Positions 12,501 through 24,500 of a stretch of DNA of 64,000 nt are shown piece after piece (within the stretch, counting starts at the first letter, position 1; the number at the start of each line of letters is the position of its first letter). The notes beneath the pieces are model-generated. The model made no database searches, was not told where the DNA came from, and worked only from the letters and a program-made list of their open reading frames with translations. The position numbers were made by a program, and so were the translations under genes. Origin of the DNA: Balanoglossus misakiensis. Its lineage: Eukaryota > Animalia > Hemichordata. The stretch spans positions 5,766,001 through 5,830,000 of the forward strand of contig CM082590.2 of the NCBI GenBank assembly GCA_040954595.2. Reading direction: 5' to 3'.

Positions 12501-15500
12501 TTGAGACTTTCTATCTCCACTTTCAGTGATGTGGAGAGTATCAGATAGGGCAATTGTCTGTCGGCCTCCAGCATCTGCCAACTCCTGTCTGTCACCTAAT
12601 ACAATTGATCATAAAGAGGTGCCATATAATTTGTCATTGTCCTTTGAATCAAAACTACTCCCTCTATAGGGTCAGGTGTTGTACAGGCAGGTGTTGACTC
12701 ATGACGGTCGATGCCAATCCTATCTTTGAGACTTTCTATCTCCACTTTCAGTGATGTGGAGAGTATCAGATAGGGCAATTGTCTGTCGGCCTCCAGCATC
12801 TGCCAACTCCTGTCTGTCACCTAATACAATTGATCATAAGGAGGTGCCATATAATTTGTCATTGCCCATTGAATCAAAACTACTCCCTCTATAGGGTCAG
12901 GTGTTGTACAGACAGGTGTTGACTCATGACGGTCGATGCCAATCCTATCTTTGAGACTTTCTATCTCCACTTTCAGTGATGTGGAGAGTATCAGATAGGG
13001 CGATTGTCTGTCGGCCTCCAGCATCTGCCAACTCCTGTCTGTCATCTAATACAATTGATCATAAAGAGGTGCCATATAATTTGTCATTGTCCTTTGAATC
13101 AAAACTACTCCCTCTATAGGGTCAGGTGTTGTACAGGCAGGTGTTGACTCATGACGGTCGATGCCAATCCTATTTTTGAGACTTTCTATCTCCACTTTCA
13201 GTGATGTGGAGAGTATCAGATAGGGCGATTGTCTGTCGGCCTTCAGTATCTGCCAACTCCTGTCTGTCACCTAATACAATTGATCATAAGGAGGTGCCAT
13301 ATAATTTGTCATTGCCCATTGAATCAAAACTACTCCCTCTATAGGGTCAGGTGTTGTACAGACAGGTGTTGACTCATGACGGTCGATGCCAATCCTATCT
13401 TTGAGACTTTCTATCTCCACTTTCAGTGATGTGGAGAGTATCAGATAGGGCGATTGTCTGTCGGCCTCCAGCATCTGCCAACTCCTGTCTGTCACCTAAT
13501 ACAATTGATCATAAGGAGGTGCCATATAATTTGTCATTGCCCATTGAATCAAAATTACTCCCTCTATCGGGTCAGGTGTTGTACAGGCAGGTGTTGACTC
13601 ATGACGGTTGATGCCAATCCTATCTTTGAGACTTTCTATCTCCACTTTCAGTGATGTGGAGAGTATCAGATAGGGCGATTGTCTGTCGGCCTCCAGCATC
13701 TACCAGCTCCTGTCTGTCACCCCTAATACAATTGATCATAAGGAGGTGCCATATAATTTGTCATTGTCCTTTGAATCAAAACTACTCCCTCTATCAGGTC
13801 AGGTGTTGTACAGGCAGGTGTTGACTCATGACGGTCGATGCCAATCCTATCTTTAAGACTTTCTATCTCTACTTTCAGTGATGTGGAGCGTATCAGATAG
13901 GGCGATTGTCTGTCGGACTCCAGCATCTGCCAACTCCTGTCTGTCATCTAATTCAATTGATCATAAGGAGGTGCCATATAATTTGTCATTGTCCGTTGAA
14001 TCAAAACTACTCCCTCTATCGGGTCAGGTGTTGTACAGGCAGGTGTTGACTCATGACGGTCGATGCCAATCCTATCTTTGAGACTTTCTATCTCCACTTT
14101 CAGTGATGTGGAGCGTATCAGATAGGGCGATTGTCTGTCGGCCTCCAGCATCTGCCAACTCCTGTCTGTCACCTCATACAATTGATCGTAAGGAGGTGCC
14201 ATATAATTTGTAATTGTCCTTTGAATCAAAACTACTCCCTCTATCGGGTCAGGTGTTGTACAGACAGGTGTTGACTCATGACGGTCGATGCCAATCCCAT
14301 CTTTGAGACTTTCTATCTCCACTTTCAGTGATGTGGAGAGTATCAGATAGGGCGATTGTCTGTCGGCCTCCAGCATCTGCCAACTCCTGTCTGTCAATTA
14401 ATACAATTGATCATAAGGAGGTGCCATATAATTTGTAATTGTCCTTTGAATCAAAACTATTCCCTCTATCGGGTCAGGTGTTGTACTGGCAGGTGTTGAC
14501 TCATGACGGTCGATGCCAATCCCATCTTTGAGACTTTCTATCTCCACTTTCAGTGATGTGGAGAGTATCAGATAGGGCGATTGTCTGTCGGCCTCCAGCA
14601 TCTGCCAACTCCTGTCTGTCAATTAATACAATTGATCATAAGGAGGTGCCATATAATTTGTCATTGTCCTTTGAATCAAAACTACTCCCTCTATCGGGTC
14701 AGGTATTGTACAGGCAGGTGTTGACTCATGACGGTCGATGCCAATCCTATCTTTGAGACTTTCTGTCTCCACTTTCAGTGATGTGGAGAGTATCAGATAG
14801 GGCGATTGTCTGTCGGCCTCCAGCATCTGCCAACTCCTGTCTGTCACCTAATAATCTAACAATTCATTATTAGGAGTTTTTTTCATTGTTTGAGATGTTT
14901 GAGTTTATGAAGACTATTTGTTGTTTGTTTTTTTATTCATTTGATCATTTTTAGAAATTAACTCATGTGACATTTCAGTTTTCTGACATCCTCATCATGT
15001 TCCTCCTTCATTACTTACAGGTTGGAAACACCCCTTTGCATGATGCAGCAGGGTCTAACAAAGAAGGCTGTCTCAGATTGTTATTGGAACACAAAGCTGA
15101 TGTGACCATTCAAAACAAGGTAAATACCAACCTGGCTTCTGCAGGTTAATTCTTTTAGTATAGAAACATTTATTTGTTTGTTTGTTTGTTTAGGAAACCT
15201 AACAGTGTGTTTCAAATGTTGTGACATTGTTCTCATGCTCCTCCTCCATTACATACAGAAATACTCACCAGAACGGTGTTGGCAAGAAATTAAGTTCCTC
15301 ACAAGGAAACTGCTTCATAATAATGGATGACCACAGACAAGTTCTGTACCTCTGATAATGATACCAGTAACTTAGGTGCTCTATGCGAGTCAAAACACAG
15401 TATTTCACTCAAACAAACAATTTCTGAACATTAATGGTCATCAAAGTCATCTCTAGTCTTTTGTCTAAATAAAGATTTCCCATCCATGTAAATTGTCTGG

Positions 15501-18500
15501 TCTTACGCAGATCTTTACAAATTGATCCAAATCAGTTTTTCCCTCAAAACTGTCAAGATGAATAAAGGCACAATCTACTACCCATATTTTCTTTAAATTG
15601 TTCATCGTTATGAGGAAATTTATCTGTTGTCTGAAATTCAACATTCTGACATGGTGGACGAAATACACACAATGCATTCATTTAATTCAACTCTATCATT
15701 TAAAGCTACATTGACGTGGAGACATCCAACTCAAAAATGATATAAGCATCCAAAGTATTGTTGAAAAACTAGAGGTTAATTATCAATTCAGTGTTAACGT
15801 TGGTTGTATGTTTGGTTGCGCTGTTTATGCAGAACTTTTCTTGTTGTACCTCTTACATGATGTTGTCTGTTTTTGTTTCTTGGATAGGATGGCAACACAG
15901 CACTCCACATGGCAGCAATGGGTGAAGAGTATCGGGGGGATTATGGAAAAGTTGTGAAACTATTGTTGCAATATGGAGCTGATATTGACTGCAAAAATAA
16001 GGTACAATCTTCCACTTTTAAATTTTATTCCATGACACTCTAGACCTACACCATGTGTTCTGATCAACTCCCATTTTCTCAAGTAGTTAATCTTCATAAA
16101 CTTTGAATTTGAAATGATTAAACCCCGGTGCGGGGTATAAAAGACCCCCCAAATCAGTGGCGAATCTTAATGCCGTTTGACTGACAACAGACAACACCAA
16201 CGATCTTGGCTCTATGAAAATCGGCCCAAACAGGTCCAAGCATAAAGAATTACACCACACAACGACAGTAGTTGGCTTTATAAACACACACAACATAAAG
16301 TTATCAACGAAAAAGTACACAAGCTTTTGAAACAACGATGATTTTGGGAGAAATCTGGTGTCAGTGCTTTTCAGAAGCGTCCCTGGGAAACAATAACCAC
16401 GCCATTCAAACAGTTGTCAATCGCGTGGAAGTGTGAAGTATTCAATTATTTTCTGTGTACATTAGAGCAATTACACAGTCATTATGCACGACGACCACTC
16501 CCAAATGAACAACTATACAAACACACGTTAATCCAAACCCCGGTACTTTCCGCACCGGGGTTTAATGTTTATGCACATTTTTTCAAAGTCTTGAAAATGC
16601 CTAAACACTATTTTATGAGTTTGCACAATGGTCTTCTTTCCATTGTAGTTTTTGTGGTAAATTTTGTTGAGGATACAATGTATCTATTTGCCATTGTCCT
16701 TTGAATCAAAACTACTCCCTCTATCGGGTCAGGTGTTGTACAGGCAGGTGTTGACTCATGACGGTCGATGCCAATCCTATCTTTGAGACTTTCTATCTCC
16801 ACTTTCAGTGATGTGGAGAGTATCAGATAGGGTGATTGTCTGTCGGCCTCCAGCATCTGCCAACTCCTGTCTGTCACCTAATACAATTGATCATAAGGAG
16901 GTGCCATATAATTTGTCATTGTCCTTTGAATCAAAACTACTCCCTCTATTGGGTCTGGTGTTGTACAGGCAGGTGTTGACTCATGACGGTCGATGCCAAT
17001 CCTATCTTTGAGACTTTCTATCTCCACTTTCAGTGATGTGGAGAGTATCAGATAGGGCAATTGTCTGTCGGCCTCCAGCATCTGCCAACTCCTGTCTGTC
17101 ACCTAATAATCTGACAATTCCTAATAAGGAAATTTTTCTTATTTGTGTTTTAAATAATTCTGTACTTTTGATACAGTGTGATGGAAAAGAGGAATCAGTG
17201 TTAATTTTTTTTAGATGAATGTTGATTTTGTGAAATTCAGTTTTTGTTCACTATTAAACATGTCACTTGATGTGGTTATTTTTTTCATGAAAAATTTAAA
17301 ACAAAACTTTAAAATTACATTAGAATTTAATGAATTTTGAATTATGGTATTTCTTACATTATTACTACTTTTATAAATATTAAATCATAATGTTTGAATT
17401 CTTTTTATCTTAAATAATTAGACTGGAAAGACACCACTTGATGTCGCTGAAAAAGAGTCTGTTAAGAAGTTGCTGTTGGATTACATTCAGGTGAGTGTAA
17501 TTTTTATATTATCATGAATTTTAATAATATACAACCTGAAATGTGCTCATTCTTATTCATCTTGAATTAAAAGTGTCCATTGATTTCAGTGTGATATAAA
17601 TTACTTAATGTGGTGTCACTCTTAACTGTACTCTCCAAACCCACAAATAAAATTGTATTTTTATGATTTCTTTATTCAACCAGAGACGAAATGAGTTCAA
17701 GGTCCTGATGATGGAACCAGGTGTGAAATGTGACACTTTTAAGTTGTTCTTCGCTGGAGATGGTGGAGTTGGTAAGACTACATTATTGGAGTCACTTCAG
17801 AGGGTATGTTGATATTTTTGTTTCATTTGCGTTAAAGTTCTAGTAGGCCATATTACAATAAATGAAGGGTTGTTTGTGTGAAACTTGATGGGCCAGAATG
17901 AATTCTTAATAAACCCTTACTCACTCTGTCCTCAAAATGTCATTTTCTGTGATTTGTGAAGCAAGAGATGTCTGTCATGTGATAAATATATAATCCCCAT
18001 GATATTTGTCTTTGTTTAACGTCATTGTATACTCGTGGTTTTCACGGAGGTGTACAAGTTCTCATCTACGGCTCGAAGTTGCACGACTCCCCAAAAACCA
18101 CTCATATAGGATGACATCAAACAAAGACAAATATCGTGGGATTATATGTAATTTTTTCTTTCACTCCCCCTTATCAAAGAGTGAAGAAACAACCCTGGAA
18201 TCTGAAGAAAGTGAACACATTCCCACACCTGGTATTGATGTCCAAAGTGTTCATATTCCTGACGTAGGCAAAGTCAGTGTTTGGGATTTTGCCGGCCAGG
18301 CTGAGTATTACATCACTCATAACATGTTTCTGGGAGCACCCAATGCTGTCTCCATATTGGTGTTCAAAGCTACAGACGAGAATGGTAAACTCAACACCTT
18401 TGATCGTGTGTTCCCACAGGTAAGAATCTTCACAGGAAAGTTAAATCGTATTGTTTATCACTTTCCAAGTTTTTTCTGTACGAATGGAATATATAGCTGT

Positions 18501-21500
18501 TTGAGAAAGTATATTCCATGTACAACACTATCTCGGTCACCATTCATGGCTTTTTGAAAGAGTTGCAGTTATTTCTATAATTAGTCTCCTGCAGATGTTG
18601 TTCAATAATTAAATTATTTCACATTGTTTATCGCATAGCTCCAAATATTACCTGAATCCTGAGAAATCTCATTGGATTCAATTCATGATCCCTTGGACTC
18701 AAAAATAATACTTTTCACAAATATTCTCATTTGTAGATTTTGTTTTGGTTGCGGTTTCTGAAAGGAACAACCCACATGGACAGGTATTCATTTGATAAGT
18801 CAGGAGAAGGATACGAGAAACCAGTGGTGATATTGGTTGCAAGTCGAGCTGATAAGTTGAAGAGAATCGATATGGCTCTAGGTTAGTGTTGTCAGCTTTT
18901 TCATATATCAAATAATATCTGTCATTTGTCCAAGTGTGTGTATGTATGTATGTGTGTATGTATGTACATACGTACTTACGTATGTGTGTGTATGTATGTA
19001 TGTATGTGTGTATGTATGTACGTACGTACTTACGTATGTGTGTGTATGTATGTATGTATGTATGTATGTGTGTATGTATGCACGTGTATGTGTGTATGTA
19101 TCTATGTGTGTGTATGTATGTTTGTTTGTTTGTTTTTTCACCATGCAGTCAGCAACAGAATACTTAGCATTTCAATATGAGTAGAACGTAGTTAGTTGAT
19201 TCACAAATCACAGTTTGGAAATAATCATAAAAAGCATTTAACCATTTCACCACCATGATTCAGTCCAAACCAATTGTTTTCTATGGTAAGGTTGGACCTC
19301 TAAAGAGGGAACTGGGGGTGAAAGGGTTAATGACTATTTTATGCCCAATAGAGAGAGAGAGGTTTACAGCAGAATTTTTTTTGCCATAGTTTCTGCATAT
19401 GGAGTTCTGTACATTGAATACTTACCCACCAAACTTTCGGGAATTAATACCTCAGGCTCCGTTAATTGCAAGATTAGAACTTTTAGCCTAGACTATCCTG
19501 TGACCTGGGTCACAGGACCCCCTAGCTCCTCAGTTTAATACCTTGCAGAGACTGCATCGGACATCTCTGTTCTCCGCTCCGTGCAAGTTCCTTCGTCGCG
19601 GCTGCTTTTTCTGCTCTAGGATCGACAGCTAAGTGATTTTTCCCTTGTTGGATATCATATTTCGTTGATCTCTGTTAGCGATTCCGCTAATTTTGTCTTT
19701 CAACGATTTTTTTTGGACTTTTTTGCCGTGTCCGCGTGTGATTATTTCGGCGGTACACGCAGCTTGCTTAGACGCTATATACGTTGTTTTTTCCACTCGG
19801 CGCGTTTTTCACGTCGACCGAGTTTGTTTACGGTTGCTTATAGAGGATTCTCTAGTATTCATAGACCGTTTTCAGTGTTTCTTGAATATTTTATTGTTAT
19901 TTTGGTCATCACTCGTTCCGATTCCTTGCCGATCATGGCTTCTCATTCGAATCGAACGTGTGATTGTGGTCAGCAGTTCTCACTGCTAGATAAGCATCGT
20001 CTGTGTTCCTTTTGCCGAGCATGCAAACAGGCTCAGCCTTGTGACATTTGCTCTTCGTGGACACAGAAAGATTGGTCTAATTTCGCCCCCTCGCTCGACG
20101 TTGCCACCGCGGACATCCCCGAGGCTGGCCCGTCATTGTCAATCTCTGACTTGCGAGGCGTTGGTCACGATCGTGCTCATTCGGCCGACAATACCAACAC
20201 TGAAATTAGTGCCATACAGGGCAGGCAAACTCCTAAGAAAACGGACGTATTGCCTTCCCGTCATACGGTAAGTGATGCTAGACCACTATCGGAATTTTCC
20301 GAAGGGTTTATTAACCCCGGTGAGACAACTCAGTTGTCTTCTCCCGTGGTTTCTGCCCGTGATATTTTCGCGCCAAACGGAATCACTTGTGTACAAGGTA
20401 GCAATTCCGTTCCTGCGCAATCTGCCCATGATATTTTCGCGCCAAACGGAATCACTTGCGTACAAAGTAGCAATTCCGTTCCCGCGCAATCTGCTTCCGT
20501 TGCTAGGGCACCCGAACCGACACGTACTGTGACAAATAATCAGGTTTTCGGGGGGCCTTTTCAGCAACACACTGGAGCAGTTCAAACAGGGCCTGCCCCA
20601 GCTGAGGTATTTCCAGGTTATCCTAACGTCAACCAATACCCTATACGGTACCAAGGTTCGATGTTTTCTCATGGTATACCTACTCAGGGCAATTTTCAGA
20701 GGGATTTCCAACAATCCGGCACTTTTCAGCCGTATGGAAATTATCCCCAGGTGTTCCATCCGGGTATGTATTATCAGCCCCCGGTTTGGAATTACCCTAA
20801 CCCTTATGTCTCAGGACAACAAATGTCGTACCGCCCTCCAAATGAGTCGAACGTTACGCAACCAGGGTTTCAGCAGCCTATCCCCATGGCAACAGGGCTT
20901 CCTATGGGAACCCCAGACCAGATTGGGACTGTACCGCTGCAAAGTCAGCCGTCTTCGACGGGAAGGCCTACCTCTCGGCAGACTCATCGTTCTGCCTCAG
21001 CGAGCATAGGACATAGCGGCAAACGCGCACACGTCCCTTCTGCTAGTGTTAGTCGTCCTGGCGCCCCTAGCAACGGGTCAAGTCAGTCGACACATAGTGT
21101 ACATACTGTTTCGGCAGGACAACCTTCAGCGGATAGATCCGATTATCAGGTTGCACGCGCCGTTGCTAAGAAACATACGTCTCAGTCTCGCGACGCACTT
21201 CAGCGTTATGCTTCTCCGGCGTCCAGTGAGGATGATGATGACGATATTGAATCATCAGTCTCCCCCTCTCGCCGTAATGTCGTCGACCCTGACTCCCTTT
21301 CCGTACGCGCTCCCTCCGAGGACCGCGAGTTGGAGGGTAATGAGTCAGACGCGGTCGCTATCCAGTCGGTTGCCAGCGAAGCTAGGTCAACACAACAGGA
21401 AGTCGACAGTTATGACACACAGTCCAACATTGGAGATACTGGGTCAAGAAAGTCAGACAGTTATTTCCACCGTTGCTATGGGTATGTTTATGAGACGTTC

Positions 21501-24500
21501 GGGGAGGAATGCCCTCCCCCTCCACTACCTCCTCGGCCTGAATCTCATGTGTTGGCGTTTGTCGATCCAACAAAGAAACAGACCGATCTCCGTTCACTGC
21601 CTAATTCTCTTGCGCTGAGTACCACCATAGAGAGAGTACAGCGAGAGATAGCAGGAACTAGCCCCAACACGCTGCCATTACCTATCGGTAGACTACCGGC
21701 AGCATCCAGTCTGTTGCGCAACAAGCGATATAAGACGCATGACTCATTGTTTTCGGCTGGCCTCCCTAAATTAGATGAGGACGCCGTCAAAGTGGATAAT
21801 CAAGCTGGAGCATTTAAAACTGTCCCAATTGACCGCACGGCATTGCGGATCCTTGGACAGTCTGTTAATGCAACGGTGCGGACAATTTCTCATTTGGACT
21901 GGTTCGTGGCACAATTAGTGCGCATCGCAGAGTCCCCTGAGCACCCCAGTCAGTTTGCGGACTTAACTCGAGCTATCGGTAATACCCTAGTGCATAGTCT
22001 CGAGTTTTCCGTTCGTAGTCATGCCATGCTTCAATTATTGGAACGAGATGCATTTCTCAATCGCCCCTCCGTTCAATTAACCGACGAGCTTAAAGCCAAA
22101 GCACGTGTAGTGCCATTGGACCCTAAAGCTCTGTTTGCTGGCAAATTAGCCGGTTTCGCCAAGGAAGCCACTAAAGCCGTTCAGAGTAACGCTTGGCTAT
22201 TTGGACGAAACGGACAGAAAGTGCAGGACACAGGCGCGAATACAAATCGCCCCAAGCAGTCCTCCAAAAAGCCTAAAGCCGGGGGTAAGGCACAGTCTAA
22301 GTCATATAAACCTCGTGCCCAACCCTACAACAAAGGCATTCGAAGTAAGCCGAAAAGGGCATTTCCTACTTCGACACCTACAACGTCTGGCCAGAAAGGT
22401 CAGCGCTCCTGACTACCCAATATCGCTACCTCCCATTCCATCACCGGACATTCAAGTGGGAGGGCGCCTTCGTCACTTCGCCAACGAATGGCAGAAAGTG
22501 ACAGACGACCAATGGGTGTTGTCAGTCGTTCGAAACGGGTTCAAACCAGAGTTTCTGACCGATCCTCCATTATCTTGGGACCCACCGCGTTTTGCCAATC
22601 GGGCAGGGCCACGCACGTCGGCAATTGCCGAGGCAGTGCAAGGGCTGTTATCAAAAAATGCGGTACGGATTGTAAACCCGTCTATAGACGGACCGGGATT
22701 TTACAACCACTTGTTTCTCGTTCCCAAAAAGACAGGGGGGTGGCGGCCGATTCTAAATCTAAGACCTTTAAACCGGTTTCTCCGCATAGAATCTTTTTCA
22801 ATGGAAACCACTCGGTCCATACTGGCCGCGGTACAACCCGGCGATTGGATGGTTTCCATAGATCTCAAGGACGCGTACTTTCATATCGCGATCCACGAGG
22901 ATTTCAGAAAATACTTCCGGTTTTCAGTAAACGGAATCGTTTACGAATACACGGCTCTTCCGTTCGGCCTAGCGTCAGCACCTCGCGTGTTTACCAGAGT
23001 AGTGTTAGAGCTAGTAGGGTTTCTTCATCGCCAATCTGTCAGAACGCATCCGTATCTCGACGATTGGCTGCTACCCAATCTAAGAAGAGACGTACTCGAG
23101 AAGCATGTCTTTCTAGCTTGGTCCATTCTCCTTCGCCTCGGCCTCATTCCGAGTCTGGAGAAGTCAGCCCTCACCCCATCACAAGACATGGTATTTGTTG
23201 GGATGAGACTTATGACACACGCAGGAATTGTTTGCCCTACCCCAGATCGAGTGGACAGACTTTTGGCTGTCATCAACTCAATCCTGTCTCGCACATCTAT
23301 CCCGGTCAGGCTCCTGTTGGAGGCTATCGGGGTGATGGTGTCTATGTTGGCAATCATTCCCTGGGCACGCCTGCGTCTTCGACCAATTCAGCTGTACTTA
23401 CTGGCCCTTTGGCGGCCATCTCGACAGCCGATAGATCACATTATTCATGTACGACCGGCTCTCCGTGTCCACCTATGGTGGTGGCTAGACACAGAGAATC
23501 TGCTGAAAGGTGTTCCCCTACGGGTACCACCACCCACTCAGTTTCTGTTCACGGATGCTTCAACAACAGGTTGGGGAGCGCATCTGGACGAACTGACTGC
23601 ATCGGGCAGTTGGTCAGTCGACCAACAAGAGCATCACATCAATTGGTTGGAACTCCAAGCTGTGTTTCTGGCTCTCAAATGTTTTCAGCGGTCGGTCACC
23701 AACCAGCATGTTCTGGTCAATTCAGACAATGCTACAGTGGTGGCTTATATAAACAAAATGGGGGGGACCAGATCCCCAACCCTGTGTTACCTGACTTGGG
23801 AATTGTTCATGTGGTGCAAGAACCACAATATTCTCCTTCGAGCCCGTCATCTGCCCGGCAAACGGAATCACGTTGCCGACGCTCTGTCACGAGACCGCAA
23901 GGTGGTCCCGACGGAGTGGGAAATTCCCCAAGAAATAGCCAATCAGATTTTTGCGAAATGGGGAACTCCCATGGTGGACTTGTTTGCGACGTTTCAGAAC
24001 CGCAAACTGCCTCGGTTTGTGTCGCCAGTCCCAGACAGCAGAGCTCTAGCCGTCGACGCATTGTCGATGTCGTGGAAAAGCCTACTTCTGTACGCGTTCC
24101 CACCACTGCCTCTCTTACCACTAGTCTTAAGGAAAATAGTGGACGAGGAAACAACTGTGATTCTAATAGCACCGGTCTGGCCGAAGCGCTCATGGTATCC
24201 GATGCTACTGGACTTAATGATAGATCGACCTCTGGAGTTACCTCTCCGCGAGGATCTACTGTCCCAGGGTCCTCAACTGATTCATCCCGACCCAAGCGTG
24301 TTCAGACTTCACGCGTTCAAGTTGTCGAGCAATCCCTCATTGCGAGCGGATTTTCTGAGACAGCTGCCGCCACCATCGCTAGACCTCAGAGAGCCAGCAC
24401 CTTGGCAACTTATGAGGACAAGTGGACAAAATTCTGTGATTGGTGTGATAAACGGAGTGTTGATCCACTCACAATTTCTGTTAACCAACTAGCGGAATTC

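Noticed and set aside
10961-14847. Tandem 74-aa minus-strand ORFs (and 67-aa plus-strand ORFs) in the 225-bp array as a repeated small-protein gene or exon array
   Set aside because: Differences between copies are mostly amino-acid-changing, starts are GTG/ATG/TTG variants, plus-frame stops come and go, and there is no recognisable domain. The open frame follows from unit homogeneity.
19665-19934. N-terminal 90 aa of the 915-aa ORF
   Set aside because: Begins at TTG in the DIRS 5' leader; the gag-like Cys motif begins right after the ATG at 19935.
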